Shown here piece after piece: positions 15,758-25,785 of a DNA stretch of 64,000 nucleotides. Position numbers and translations under genes: made by a program. Every line of letters begins with the position of its first letter. The stretch's first letter is position 1. Below the pieces are notes generated by a model. That model had not been told where the DNA came from, ran no database searches, and saw only the letters and a list, made by a program, of their open reading frames with translations. The stretch is from Clostridia bacterium (lineage in GTDB: Bacteria; Bacillota; Clostridia; Oscillospirales; Acutalibacteraceae), in assembly GCA_017436255.1 (NCBI GenBank), contig JAFSDK010000038.1, positions 388 through 64,387 of the forward strand, written 5' to 3'.

Positions 15758-15964
15758 ATGTTAGACCGCATTTGCCTAATTTTAGTAATCCTTGGTGCAA
15801 TTAACTGGGGAAGCATCGGTATCTTCCAGTTTGACATTGTTGCTTGGATTTTCGGCGGCAGCGATGCACTACTCGCGCGAATCATTTATACGGTTATCGC
15901 ACTTGCAGGTATTTGGTGCATTTCACTTCTTTTCAGACAAAGAAATGAAATTATTGAAAAATAA
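15758..15964 (+). CDS. DUF378-like small membrane protein
   Basis: MLDRICLILVILGAINWGSIGIFQFDIVAWIFGG; AAAGGAG 8 nt upstream. Confidence 0.6.
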   Translation: MLDRICLILVILGAINWGSIGIFQFDIVAWIFGGSDALLARIIYTVIALAGIWCISLLFRQRNEIIEK

Positions 15965-15967
15965 TAA

Positions 15968-15997
15968 AAAGGAATAGTCGCTTGACTATTCCTTTTT
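15968..15997. terminator. Bidirectional terminator between convergent genes
   Basis: AAAGGAATAGTC-GCTT-GACTATTCCTTT followed by a T-run. Confidence 0.7.
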
Positions 15998-16909
15998 ATT
16001 TTTTTTATCAAATGAAATTTGTGATAAAACTATACCAATAAATATAACTGCACAACCAATGTAGGAACGTAAATTCATACCCTTATCAATGCCAAACAGC
16101 ACACCACCTACTGCAGCAAAAACCGATTCGGTTGAAAGTATAATGGCTGAGTATGTTGGATCGGCATCTCTTTGCCCTAAAACCTGACAAGTGTATGCAA
16201 TGCCCGACGAGCAAATTCCCATATAAAGCAACGGCATTATGTTGATTTCAATCTGTGAAATTATAACAGAAATATCTAAATTGCCTGTTATTATCATACA
16301 AATTAGTCCCCATAGACCGCAAACCAAAAACTGCACGCTTGAAAATTTAATAGGGCTAACCTTATCAATAAATCTATCAATGGTGATAATATGAAATGCC
16401 CAGAATATTGCACCAATAAACAATACGATATCGGCAAAGCCAATATTTCCTATCCCATTTTGTACACTTAAAAGATACAAACCAATAACTGCACATATAG
16501 CACCAAGCAGAACGTTTATTCCTGTTTTTTTTCTAAAAAGTATTAAACATATTATTGGCACCAGAACAGTGTATGTTCCCGTTATAAATCCCGCCTTGCC
16601 CGCATTAGGATTTACATTAATTCCCCACTGTTGCAATGCCGAAGCAATAAACAATATGGTACCACATATAGCACCACCAATAATTGTTTCCTTGTTATTT
16701 GCTTTTTTCGATTCCTTTTTTTCTTTGCGATTCTCATACAAAAGAATTATAGGAATAAGTGAAGCAGAGCCTAAAATATATCTAAATGCTATTAACAAAA
16801 AAATATTTATACTGTCACCCGCATCACACTGAGCAACAAACGCAAAGCCCCAAATTATTGACGCCAAAAAGAAGAAAAAGTTTGATTTAACTGACTTACT
16901 TACCTTCAT
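15986..16909 (-). CDS. EamA/DMT-family transporter
   Basis: About 10 TM segments in a duplicated EamA-like pattern; 307 aa. Confidence 0.7.
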   Translation of the reverse strand: MKVSKSVKSNFFFFLASIIWGFAFVAQCDAGDSINIFLLIAFRYILGSASLIPIILLYENRKEKKESKKANNKETIIGGAICGTILFIASALQQWGINVNPNAGKAGFITGTYTVLVPIICLILFRKKTGINVLLGAICAVIGLYLLSVQNGIGNIGFADIVLFIGAIFWAFHIITIDRFIDKVSPIKFSSVQFLVCGLWGLICMIITGNLDISVIISQIEINIMPLLYMGICSSGIAYTCQVLGQRDADPTYSAIILSTESVFAAVGGVLFGIDKGMNLRSYIGCAVIFIGIVLSQISFDKKNKKE

Positions 16910-16918
16910 TGTTTCACA

Positions 16919-17785
16919 CTATTCTTTTACTATTTTTCCATCAATAATCTTAAAAGTTATATTGCCTAAACGGTCGGTCCTTAATATTGTAGTACCGATA
17001 TTTTGTAAGCGCTTTACTACAACATCATGCGGATGTCCATAACTGTTATCTTTACCGCAAGATATAACCGAATATCTCGGTGTGGCTACATTTAAAAATT
17101 CTTGCGAAGTAGAGGTACGACTACCATGATGACCAACCTTTAATACATCACAATCAAAATTGATATTTTGGTCAATCAGTTTGCGCTCTGTCACCTGCTC
17201 TGCATCACCTGTAAACAAAAATTTACTGCCACCATTTTCTGCCATAAGGACGATTGACATATTGTTTTCATCCTCTGCTTTTTCATCGCTTAACAAAACG
17301 GTAAGTTTAAAGTTACCAATATTTATAACCATGCCCTCAGTAGCATAATGACACTTAATATTTAAATACTCTGCTGTGTCTTTAATATTTTTGAGTGCCG
17401 TAGCATTATCGTCATCACTCGGCAAAACGTCCGAAAAAACAATGTTTTCAACATTAAACTCATCGAGTAAAAATTCTGCACTACCAATATGGTCATCATG
17501 CGGATGCGACAGAATCATAACGTCTAAAGTATCAATATTATAACTTTTAAGGGTTTTTGAAATTGCCGTCGCAGACATTGGCGTACCGGCGTCAATAAGT
17601 GCTGCATAACCATCACTGTAAATCAGAGTACTATCACCCTGCCCTACGCTTATAAATTCAACAAAATCATTTTGAGATGTCGTTTTGTTGATATTCTTAA
17701 CGGCCGTAACAACCGTAAGCAACAAAACGGCAATTACAACTAAAATTATTTTTTGCTTTTTAGTAAGTTTAATAAGAGATGCCAT
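16919..17785 (-). CDS. Membrane-anchored MBL-fold hydrolase (ComEC C-terminal-domain-like)
   Basis: FISVGQGDSTLI and LSHPHDDHIG motifs; N-terminal TM helix. Confidence 0.7.
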   Translation of the reverse strand: MASLIKLTKKQKIILVVIAVLLLTVVTAVKNINKTTSQNDFVEFISVGQGDSTLIYSDGYAALIDAGTPMSATAISKTLKSYNIDTLDVMILSHPHDDHIGSAEFLLDEFNVENIVFSDVLPSDDDNATALKNIKDTAEYLNIKCHYATEGMVINIGNFKLTVLLSDEKAEDENNMSIVLMAENGGSKFLFTGDAEQVTERKLIDQNINFDCDVLKVGHHGSRTSTSQEFLNVATPRYSVISCGKDNSYGHPHDVVVKRLQNIGTTILRTDRLGNITFKIIDGKIVKE

Positions 17786-20178
17786 TATTCTTCACCGGCC
17801 TGCATTTCAAGAAGCATCTCTTTGGTCATAAGCACCTGTCTCGGTTTTGAACCTTCGTAAGGTCCAACCACACCGCGTTCTTCCATAACGTCAATAAGTC
17901 TGGCGGCACGCGCATATCCGAGTTTAAGTTTGCGTTGCAACATTGAAGTAGACGCTTGACCAAGTTCAACCACCGTTTCAATGGCGGCATTAAGCATGGG
18001 GTCGTCATCATCAAGGTTAGGCTCGGCAACACCTGTTTTGTTTTTCTTTTCAATTGCTGCCTGACGTTCAATTTCCTGCATAACGTCTTCATCATATTCA
18101 CTTGAATGGTCACTCTTTATGTAGTCAACAACCGCCTCAACCTCTTCATCACTTACAAAACAACCTTGTAGACGGTTAGGTTTAGAAGAACCAATAGGAT
18201 TAAATAACATATCACCGCGTCCAAGAAGTTTTTCAGCACCCGCGCTATCAAGTATAGTACGGCTATCAACCTGACTTGAAACGGCAAAAGCGATACGAGT
18301 AGGAATATTTGCCTTAATTACACCCGTTACAACATCAACCGATGGACGTTGTGTAGCAATAAGCAAATGCATACCGGCAGCACGTGCTTTTGCGGCTATA
18401 CGGTTGATTGAATCTTCAACCTCGCCCGGTGCAGTCATCATTAGGTCCGCTAACTCGTCGATAATAATAACGATTTGTGGCATTTTATTAAGTTCTAACT
18501 CAGGATTACTTTCGGCAAGTTTATTAAATCCTGCTAAATCCCTCACACCATTTTGCGCGAACATAGCATATCTTTGCTCCATCTCGGTTACTGCCCAACC
18601 TAAAGCACCTGCGGCTTTTCTCGGATCGGTAACAACGGGAACAAGCAAATGCGGTATACCATTATAAACACCAAGTTCTACAACCTTGGGGTCAATCATC
18701 AAAAGTTTAACCTCTTCGGGACTTGCCTTGTACAGAATACTCATAATAATAGAGTTTATACAAACCGATTTACCAGAGCCTGTAGCACCTGCAATAAGTC
18801 CGTGTGGCATTTTGGCAATATCGGTAACAACGGCATTACCTGCAATATCACGTCCCAAAGCAACCGTTAATTTGCTTTTTGAACCTGTAAACATGGGTGA
18901 ATCAATAATCTCGCGTACACCCACAACATTGCTTGACTTGTTAGGAACTTCAATACCAACTGCCGCCTTATTAGGAATTGGTGCCTCAATGCGAACGCCT
19001 GCGGTAGCAAGATTAAGTGCTATATCATCAGCCAGATTTGTAATCTTGCTGATTTTAACACCGGCACAAGGCTGTAACTCGTAACGCGTAACAGTTGGAC
19101 CACGGCTTATATCAACAATTCTTGTCTCAACACCAAAACTGCGTAAAGTATCAACTAAATGTGCCGCCGTAGTATCAAGGTCGTTTTCAGTAGCCGCCGT
19201 ATTTTCAAACACGGGCGGTTTAAGGAGTGATATGGGCGGGAACTTATAACCTTCATTTTCGGTTATTATCATTGTTGATTTTTTCTGTTCTTCATCAAAC
19301 TCAGCAACTAATTGTTCTTCCTGTTCTTTGCCTAAACGTTCTTTACGTTGAATTTTTTTCTCTGACTTAGCTTCTTCGAGCGCTTCGTCAATTTGCTCAT
19401 TATCCTCAGGTGGCGCATTATCATTTTCTACACCATTATAGGTTTCAACAACTTTTTTCTGACGTTCATTTAATGAAACGGTATTAACAGTTCTCGTTTC
19501 AGGAATATCATCAACCGAAATATCGACTTCGCTTCTGCGTTTAGCAGCAGCCACAACGTTTTGATTGTTCTCTTGTTCAACAAAAACATCGTCCGCATGT
19601 TCTTTGATTTTTTTAACAGGTTTTGAAAGGGTCTTAAAAAAGCTAATCAAGGTGGTGCCTGTCAAAATCATAACCAATACAAATAAAATTAAAATTACAG
19701 TTATAACAGCACCCGTATTACCAAACAACAATTCAATAGGTCTTCCTAAAAGAGCACCTAAGAAACCGCTACCTTTAATGTTAATTCCTGCCTGGTAAGA
19801 CATACTTAAATGTTTACCAAAGGTTTCCCCATTATTTTTAATAAACAGGTCGGTAAGGGCACCGGCAAAAAGTGCAATACCTATAGCTTCAAACGTTCTG
19901 GCAAATGCGGTACCTTGAAATTTATCAAGCGCATACATAACGGCAATAAACCCAAGAAGTAATGGATAAAAATATGCCAACCAACCAAACAAACCAAATG
20001 AAAAATTATGTAAGAATCTCCAAACGTTTTCGCCAGGTATAAGTACAACACACAGCGTAAATACAGCAGCCGCAAAACATATAATTGAAGTTATGTGTCG
20101 TGCAGCCGACGAAGTAATAGTTTTTGCTTGCGACTTGCTTGAAGTTTTCTTTTTTGAAGTAGACTTTTTAGTAGCCAT
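17785..20178 (-). CDS. ftsK: DNA translocase FtsK/SpoIIIE
   Basis: N-terminal TM helices, Walker A GATGSGKSV, C-terminal winged-helix gamma domain (ASTSMLQRKLKLGYARAARLID). Confidence 0.9.
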   Translation of the reverse strand: MATKKSTSKKKTSSKSQAKTITSSAARHITSIICFAAAVFTLCVVLIPGENVWRFLHNFSFGLFGWLAYFYPLLLGFIAVMYALDKFQGTAFARTFEAIGIALFAGALTDLFIKNNGETFGKHLSMSYQAGINIKGSGFLGALLGRPIELLFGNTGAVITVILILFVLVMILTGTTLISFFKTLSKPVKKIKEHADDVFVEQENNQNVVAAAKRRSEVDISVDDIPETRTVNTVSLNERQKKVVETYNGVENDNAPPEDNEQIDEALEEAKSEKKIQRKERLGKEQEEQLVAEFDEEQKKSTMIITENEGYKFPPISLLKPPVFENTAATENDLDTTAAHLVDTLRSFGVETRIVDISRGPTVTRYELQPCAGVKISKITNLADDIALNLATAGVRIEAPIPNKAAVGIEVPNKSSNVVGVREIIDSPMFTGSKSKLTVALGRDIAGNAVVTDIAKMPHGLIAGATGSGKSVCINSIIMSILYKASPEEVKLLMIDPKVVELGVYNGIPHLLVPVVTDPRKAAGALGWAVTEMEQRYAMFAQNGVRDLAGFNKLAESNPELELNKMPQIVIIIDELADLMMTAPGEVEDSINRIAAKARAAGMHLLIATQRPSVDVVTGVIKANIPTRIAFAVSSQVDSRTILDSAGAEKLLGRGDMLFNPIGSSKPNRLQGCFVSDEEVEAVVDYIKSDHSSEYDEDVMQEIERQAAIEKKNKTGVAEPNLDDDDPMLNAAIETVVELGQASTSMLQRKLKLGYARAARLIDVMEERGVVGPYEGSKPRQVLMTKEMLLEMQAGEE

Positions 20179-20221
20179 TTTAAAATCCCCCTACTTTATT
20201 ATCCCTATGTAAATAAGGACG

Positions 20222-20905
20222 TTAGTCCTTATTTTCAATCATATTATTTAAGCATTCAATTACATCCGATAAATTACCAAGTTTATCGATAAGACCTTCT
20301 TTAACCGCCTTTTCCCCATTAAGCACAGATCCTACGTCTGTTACAAGCTCGCCTGTATTCATCATAAGTTCCGTAAAACGCTCGGAAGAAATTTTTGAAT
20401 TTGACGTTACAAAATCAGTGATGCGTTCCTGCATACGCTCAAAATGATTTAGCATCTGTGGAACACCCAAGACCAAACCGTTCATTCTTACAGGATGAAT
20501 GGTCATTGTAGCCGACGGTACGATAAACGACTTTTTAGAAGCCACCGCAAGCGGCACACCGATTGAATGACCGCCACCAAGCACCAAAGATACAGTGGGT
20601 TTCTTCATACCCGCTATCAGTTCCGCAATGGCAAGTCCCGCTTCAACGTCACCGCCAACCGTATTGAGAATAATGAGTAAACCCTCAATATAGTTATCCT
20701 GTTCAATAGCAACAAGTTGCGGTATTACGTGTTCGTATTTAGTGGTTTTATTTTGCTCAGGTAAAGCTGTATGACCCTCAATTTCGCCAACAATTGTAAG
20801 ACAAAAAATATTGTGTTTACCCCTGCCAATTGTCAGCGAACCCATTTCTTTAATCTTATCAATGTCGGTTTCAACTGAATTGTTTTCATTGTTGTTTTCG
20901 TTCAT
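20222..20905 (-). CDS. ClpP-family protein, TepA-like
   Basis: LNTVGGDVEAGLAIAE...GGGHSIGVPLAV. Synteny upstream of ftsK/spoIIIE as in Bacillus. I chose the start at the ATG preceded by GGAGG. Confidence 0.65.
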   Translation of the reverse strand: MNENNNENNSVETDIDKIKEMGSLTIGRGKHNIFCLTIVGEIEGHTALPEQNKTTKYEHVIPQLVAIEQDNYIEGLLIILNTVGGDVEAGLAIAELIAGMKKPTVSLVLGGGHSIGVPLAVASKKSFIVPSATMTIHPVRMNGLVLGVPQMLNHFERMQERITDFVTSNSKISSERFTELMMNTGELVTDVGSVLNGEKAVKEGLIDKLGNLSDVIECLNNMIENKD

Positions 20906-20991
20906 AAACATTCCTCCAAACATATTATTTGGTAAATATTTATAAACATACATTAATTATACTATTTTTAAATAAATAATTCAAGTAATAA

Positions 20992-21015
20992 ATAAAGAGA
21001 TGCTACTGCATCTCT
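20992..21015 (-). terminator. Terminator after clpC
   Basis: AAAGAGATGC-TACT-GCATCTCTTT; T-rich on the minus strand. Confidence 0.55.
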
Positions 21016-21022
21016 TTATTCT

Positions 21023-23485
21023 TTAAGAAAACACATATTCGCCGTTTTTATAGCTGCATCTAAGGGTATCTCCACCCTTAATAGAGCCATCAAGAATTCG
21101 CTCGCTAATTAAGTCTTCAATACTGTTTTGAATTTCGCGTCTAAGCGGTCTTGCGCCATAGGTCGCGTCAAAACCCACGGTAGCAACCTGCTGGGTTACC
21201 GAATCATCAAAGGTAATATCAATTCCCAAATTTTTTAACTTAATGACAAGTGAATTAAGCATTTTACCCGCAATAGTTTTAATTTCTTCCGTATTCAATT
21301 TTTTAAACACAATAGTATCGTCAATACGATTTAAAAATTCAGGTCTAAAGACTTTTTTAAGTTCACCAACCACCAAATCCTTAATAGAGTTATAATCCTT
21401 CTCAACGTCACTATCTCCCGCATTAAATCCAAACGCCTGCTTTTTCTCGGTAATAAGTCGTGCGCCAATATTAGAGGTCATAATCACTATAGTATTTTTG
21501 AAATTAACCTTGCGTCCTTGAGAATCGGTTAAAATGCCGTCATCAAGTATCTGTAATAAAATGTTAAATACATCCGGATGCGCCTTTTCAATTTCATCAA
21601 ACAGAACTACGGAATACGGATTTCTTCTAACCTTTTCGGTCAGTTGACCACCCTCGTCAAATCCGACGTATCCGGGTGGCGAACCTATAAGTCTAGACAC
21701 CGTATGCTTTTCCATATACTCTGACATATCAAGTCTTATCATGGCGTTTTCAGTACCAAAAAGCGCCTCGGCAAGTGACTTGCAAAGTTCGGTTTTTCCT
21801 ACACCGGTGGGTCCTAAGAAAATAAACGAACCTATTGGTCTGTTAGGGTCTTTAAGACCTACTCTACCACGCCTAATAGCCTTTGACAGTGAAGTTACCG
21901 CTTCATTTTGACCAACAATTCTTGCGTGCAATACATCCTCCATTTTAAGAAGACGTGCACTCTCCTGCTCGGTCAATTGTGTAACCGGTACACCAGTCCA
22001 ATCAGATACGATTTCGGCAATATCATTTTCACCTACTGAACCTTTAAAATGGTCGTTTTCGTTCTGCCAAATTTCTTTTTGCTCATTAAGTTCATGCCGT
22101 AACTTTTTTTCGTTATCTCTATATTTTGCTGCTGCTTCAAAATCTTGCGACTCTATGGCAGCATTTTTTTCTTCCTCAAGCGATGCAAGTTTATTCTCTA
22201 ATTCTTTAATTTTATCCGGTTGTTTAGTATTGCGCAAACGCACCCGTGAACCCGCCTCGTCAATTAGGTCTATAGCTTTATCGGGCAAAAATCTGTCTGT
22301 AATATAGCGTGCCGAAAGTTTCACAGCAGCCTCTATTGCCTGTTCGGTTATCCTCACTCCGTGATGTGCCTCATATCTATCTTTTAAGCCATTAAGAATA
22401 AGAATTGCATCTTCTTCGCTCGGCTCGCCTACATTCACAGGTTGAAAACGTCTTTCAAGTGCCGAATCTTTTTCGATATTCTTCCGATATTCCGTTATAG
22501 TTGTGGCACCGATAAGTTGCAATTCGCCACGCGCTAAATATGGTTTTAAAATATTGGCAGCATCAGTAGCACCTTCCGCGGCGCCTGCACCAATAATGTT
22601 GTGTACCTCATCAATAAACAAGATAATATCTTGTGATGCAGTCGCTTCTTCTATTACCGCTTTGATGCGCTCTTCAAAGTCACCTCGGTATTTTGTACCT
22701 GCAACCATACCGGTTAAATCAAGCGCAAATATCTTTTTATTTTTAAGAATATCCGGCACATCTCCATTTGAAATTTTAAGCGCTAACCCCTCAGCAATAG
22801 CGGTTTTACCAACACCCGGTTCACCGATAAGGCAAGGGTTGTTTTTTGTCCTACGACAGAGAATCTGCAGCACCCTATCAATCTCATCATTTCTTCCAAT
22901 AACCGGGTCTAATTTACCATTTTTTGCCGCAGCAGTTAGGTCGTGACTAAACTTTGAAAGCACTCCATCAGATTTTTGAATATTGTCTTTAGAACTATTA
23001 TTCATATATGAATTCACATCGTTTTTATTATACTCAACGTCAATTCCCGAGGCCTTAAATGCAGCCGTAGTTAAAAAAGCAATATCAACGTTAAGTTTTT
23101 TTAAAAAACGTATTGCATAATTATCAACATCACTTAAAAGCGCAATAAGAATATGCTCGGTACCAACCAATTTTTTATTAAGATTTTTAGAACCGCTAAC
23201 CGCAACCTCAATAACCTTTTTAGCCCTTGGTGTCAGGTGGTCAGGGGTTAACGCAGTAGGTGTACCTATACCTATTGCTTCTTTAATTTGCTCCTCAATC
23301 TTTTGAGCGGTTACGCCATTTTTATTCATAACTGCTGCCGCAACCGAAGAACCTACCTTTAAAAGACCTAAAAGCAAATGTTCACTACCAATGTATGTGT
23401 GCCCAAATAATTCAGCAGAATTTATTGCTTGATTTATGGCTTCACTGGCTTTGGGAGTGAAACCATTGAAATTATATTTCATCAA
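21023..23485 (-). CDS. clpC: ATP-dependent Clp protease ATPase subunit ClpC
   Basis: Clp_N repeats, two AAA+ modules (GEPGVGKTA, GPTGVGKTE), UVR-like linker, operon context. Confidence 0.9.
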   Translation of the reverse strand: MMKYNFNGFTPKASEAINQAINSAELFGHTYIGSEHLLLGLLKVGSSVAAAVMNKNGVTAQKIEEQIKEAIGIGTPTALTPDHLTPRAKKVIEVAVSGSKNLNKKLVGTEHILIALLSDVDNYAIRFLKKLNVDIAFLTTAAFKASGIDVEYNKNDVNSYMNNSSKDNIQKSDGVLSKFSHDLTAAAKNGKLDPVIGRNDEIDRVLQILCRRTKNNPCLIGEPGVGKTAIAEGLALKISNGDVPDILKNKKIFALDLTGMVAGTKYRGDFEERIKAVIEEATASQDIILFIDEVHNIIGAGAAEGATDAANILKPYLARGELQLIGATTITEYRKNIEKDSALERRFQPVNVGEPSEEDAILILNGLKDRYEAHHGVRITEQAIEAAVKLSARYITDRFLPDKAIDLIDEAGSRVRLRNTKQPDKIKELENKLASLEEEKNAAIESQDFEAAAKYRDNEKKLRHELNEQKEIWQNENDHFKGSVGENDIAEIVSDWTGVPVTQLTEQESARLLKMEDVLHARIVGQNEAVTSLSKAIRRGRVGLKDPNRPIGSFIFLGPTGVGKTELCKSLAEALFGTENAMIRLDMSEYMEKHTVSRLIGSPPGYVGFDEGGQLTEKVRRNPYSVVLFDEIEKAHPDVFNILLQILDDGILTDSQGRKVNFKNTIVIMTSNIGARLITEKKQAFGFNAGDSDVEKDYNSIKDLVVGELKKVFRPEFLNRIDDTIVFKKLNTEEIKTIAGKMLNSLVIKLKNLGIDITFDDSVTQQVATVGFDATYGARPLRREIQNSIEDLISERILDGSIKGGDTLRCSYKNGEYVFS

Positions 23486-23491
23486 ATCACC

Positions 23492-24502
23492 TTATTCTAA
23501 TAAATTTCGTATAGTAATTGCACGATTAATGTCGCGCTCATCCGCATCACAAATTCCACATTTGCGCATCAAGCTATGCGGTTGACATTCTATCAATATG
23601 CGAATCGGTACAGAACTATCAATATCAATTATGCCCATACTGATTCCAAGTTTAATCATTGAAGTAAGTTGCATCATTTCTTTTGTACTGATGACGCGTG
23701 CATTTTTTAGAATTCCGTACGCTCTGCAAATCTTATCCTCAAGTAAAGTTCTATTTGCGGAGTTTCTTAACGATAATTCTTTTTCCACAATTTGCATTGT
23801 TATTGCCGTAAGATTTTTTAAAGCATCTCTTTCGGAAATGCCCAATGTAATCTGATTAGAAAGTTGATAAAGTGATGCTGCAGATTCAGTGCCTTCACCA
23901 TACATTCCACGTACCGTAAAACCAATTTTGCTTACTGAATCAGCAATTAACGATATCTCCCTTGTTGACTCAAGTAAAGGTAAATGCAACATTACAGATG
24001 CCCTAAGGCCCGTGCCTAGATTGGTTGGGCACTGCGTAAGATATCCTAACTTTTCATCAAATGCGAAATGAAGTGTATCTCCTAAAAATGAATCTATTCG
24101 TTCTGCAATATCATACGCTTTTTCAAGTTCTAAACCACTATACAGCACTTGAATTCTTATATGGTCCTCTTCGCCAATCATCACACAAACCGACTCATCT
24201 TCAGAAATGATTATGGCTTTATTTTGGCGGTTTTGGGCAAATTCGGGACTGATAATGTGACGTTCAACCATTGCATAACATTCATTTTCAGGCACGTCAT
24301 TCATATCTATAAACTTTAAAGTTTTTGCATATGGGGTGTTGCTATCACAAATAGCTGATTTAACACGTTCCTTAATCTGCTTTTGTTCTTCAGCATTCAA
24401 TCGCGAATTAAAAGGGATACCTGAAATATTTCTGGCAAGACGTATGCGGGAAGTAATTATTACATCACTATTTTTGCCATGTTGTGTATACCAACTACTC
24501 AT
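23492..24502 (-). CDS. mcsB: Protein arginine kinase McsB
   Basis: Guanido-kinase signature CPTNLGTGLRASV; operon context. Confidence 0.85.
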   Translation of the reverse strand: MSSWYTQHGKNSDVIITSRIRLARNISGIPFNSRLNAEEQKQIKERVKSAICDSNTPYAKTLKFIDMNDVPENECYAMVERHIISPEFAQNRQNKAIIISEDESVCVMIGEEDHIRIQVLYSGLELEKAYDIAERIDSFLGDTLHFAFDEKLGYLTQCPTNLGTGLRASVMLHLPLLESTREISLIADSVSKIGFTVRGMYGEGTESAASLYQLSNQITLGISERDALKNLTAITMQIVEKELSLRNSANRTLLEDKICRAYGILKNARVISTKEMMQLTSMIKLGISMGIIDIDSSVPIRILIECQPHSLMRKCGICDADERDINRAITIRNLLE

Positions 24503-24998
24503 TATTATCACCCTGCCTTTCAAGTTGTCTTATTCTGTCACGTATTTCAGCGGCTTTTTCAAATTCTTCTTTAATAATTACGTCACTTAGTTGGGCACGT
24601 AATAATTCAATTTCGGTTTTTTCATTTAAAACACTTAGCGGCGCTCTGTTAGGTATTTTTCCGATATGAGTCACGCTACCATGTATTCTTTTTAAATATG
24701 GTAACAGTTCGTCGTAAAATGCCGTATAACAACTCGAACAACCTACCACCCCACTGTTAACTATATCCGAAAAACTACAACCACATTGATCGCATTTCTT
24801 TGTTGACGGTGATAAATAGGCACTTGAAGCATCACCGAATACTGAGGCTAGCATACTAGCTAAACTATTACTGCCAAAGGTTGAATACCCTGTTTTTGCG
24901 GCGCACGCTTGACATAAATGTTGCTCTGTAACAACGCCGTTTATAACTTTCTTAATATGAGTTGTAGCGGTATTAATACCGCAGTTTTCACACTTCAT
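24495..24998 (-). CDS. mcsA: McsA (zinc-finger plus UVR-motif activator of McsB)
   Basis: CxxC pairs (CENCG, CQAC, CDQCG, CSSC) and a C-terminal UVR motif EEFEKAAEIRDRIRQLE. Confidence 0.8.
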   Translation of the reverse strand: MKCENCGINTATTHIKKVINGVVTEQHLCQACAAKTGYSTFGSNSLASMLASVFGDASSAYLSPSTKKCDQCGCSFSDIVNSGVVGCSSCYTAFYDELLPYLKRIHGSVTHIGKIPNRAPLSVLNEKTEIELLRAQLSDVIIKEEFEKAAEIRDRIRQLERQGDNNE

Positions 24999-25016
24999 AA
25001 AAATCCCTCCAAAAAC

Positions 25017-25469
25017 TTATATCAAGGTAAGTAACATCTGTTTAAGTAATGACGCACGCAAATATTCTTGTACGTGAGGTGCTATACCTCGCATTACTGT
25101 ATTAGATGTAGCGGCTGTTAAAAGCCTTGCCGTTTCACTCGAAATAATATCCGATTGCAAACAGTTTTCTATTAATATACGCGCAGTTAGAGAATCAATA
25201 TTGTCGCCTATTGAATTAATAATATGCATTAGTGCCGACGAACGATTCAATTTAACACGCGTGATTCTGATATAACCGCCACCACCGCGGCGGCTCTCAA
25301 TTAAATAACCGTGCTCGGGCGTAAAACGCGATGATAATACATAATTTATCTGACTAGGTACACAACCCATTAAGGTGGCAAATTCATTGCGCTGTATTTC
25401 GGTAATATTATCTGCCGATTCATCCAACATTTGTAAAATTCTTTGGGTAATTAAATCACTCATTCTCAT
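25017..25469 (-). CDS. ctsR: Class III stress-gene repressor CtsR
   Basis: First gene of the ctsR-mcsA-mcsB-clpC operon; ESRRGGGGYIRI motif. Confidence 0.85.
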   Translation of the reverse strand: MRMSDLITQRILQMLDESADNITEIQRNEFATLMGCVPSQINYVLSSRFTPEHGYLIESRRGGGGYIRITRVKLNRSSALMHIINSIGDNIDSLTARILIENCLQSDIISSETARLLTAATSNTVMRGIAPHVQEYLRASLLKQMLLTLI

Positions 25470-25506
25470 AATTTACACCTCTTTGTCTTTTCCTGACTTT
25501 AATTAT

Positions 25507-25535
25507 ATTATACACTAAAGTCAAAGAAAGTCAAA
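25507..25535 (-). promoter_or_regulatory. SigA-type promoter of the ctsR operon overlapped by a consensus CtsR operator
   Basis: Plus strand 25519-25535 reads AGTCAAAGAAAGTCAAA, a perfect match to (A/G)GTCAAA-NAN-(A/G)GTCAAA. On the minus strand, TTGACT (25529-25534), a 16-nt spacer, then TATAAT (25507-25512). A degenerate inverted copy lies at 25482-25499. Confidence 0.75.
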
Positions 25536-25617
25536 CTATTTTTAAAATAAAAACCGCACTGTAACAAAATTAAAGCGACGGCATAGTATGTAATAAAGTG
25601 GAAAGGAGGTCTGTCAA

Positions 25618-25731
25618 ATGTGTTCTAATTCTTTCGGAGGCTGCACCTGGATTATCATCTTAATACTCATCTTATTCTGCTGCGGTGGTAACAACAATGG
25701 TTGTGACTGCAACAATAACGGCTGCTGCTAA
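25618..25731 (+). CDS. Unannotated 37-aa Cys-rich tiny membrane protein (YjcZ-like sporulation peptide?)
   Basis: Not in the ORF track. AGGAGG lies 8 nt upstream of ATG 25618. Product MCSNSFGGCTWIIILILILFCCGGNNNGCDCNNNGCC. A terminator follows 15 nt downstream. Confidence 0.6.
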   Translation: MCSNSFGGCTWIIILILILFCCGGNNNGCDCNNNGCC

Positions 25732-25745
25732 TCCTTCCAACAAAA

Positions 25746-25775
25746 AAACACCTGCTCTGTTGAGCAGGTGTTTTT
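25746..25775. terminator. Bidirectional terminator (tiny ORF / ftsZ)
   Basis: AAACACCTGCTC-TGTT-GAGCAGGTGTTT with a T-run after and an A-run before. Confidence 0.75.
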
Positions 25776-25785
25776 GCTTTAAAAA

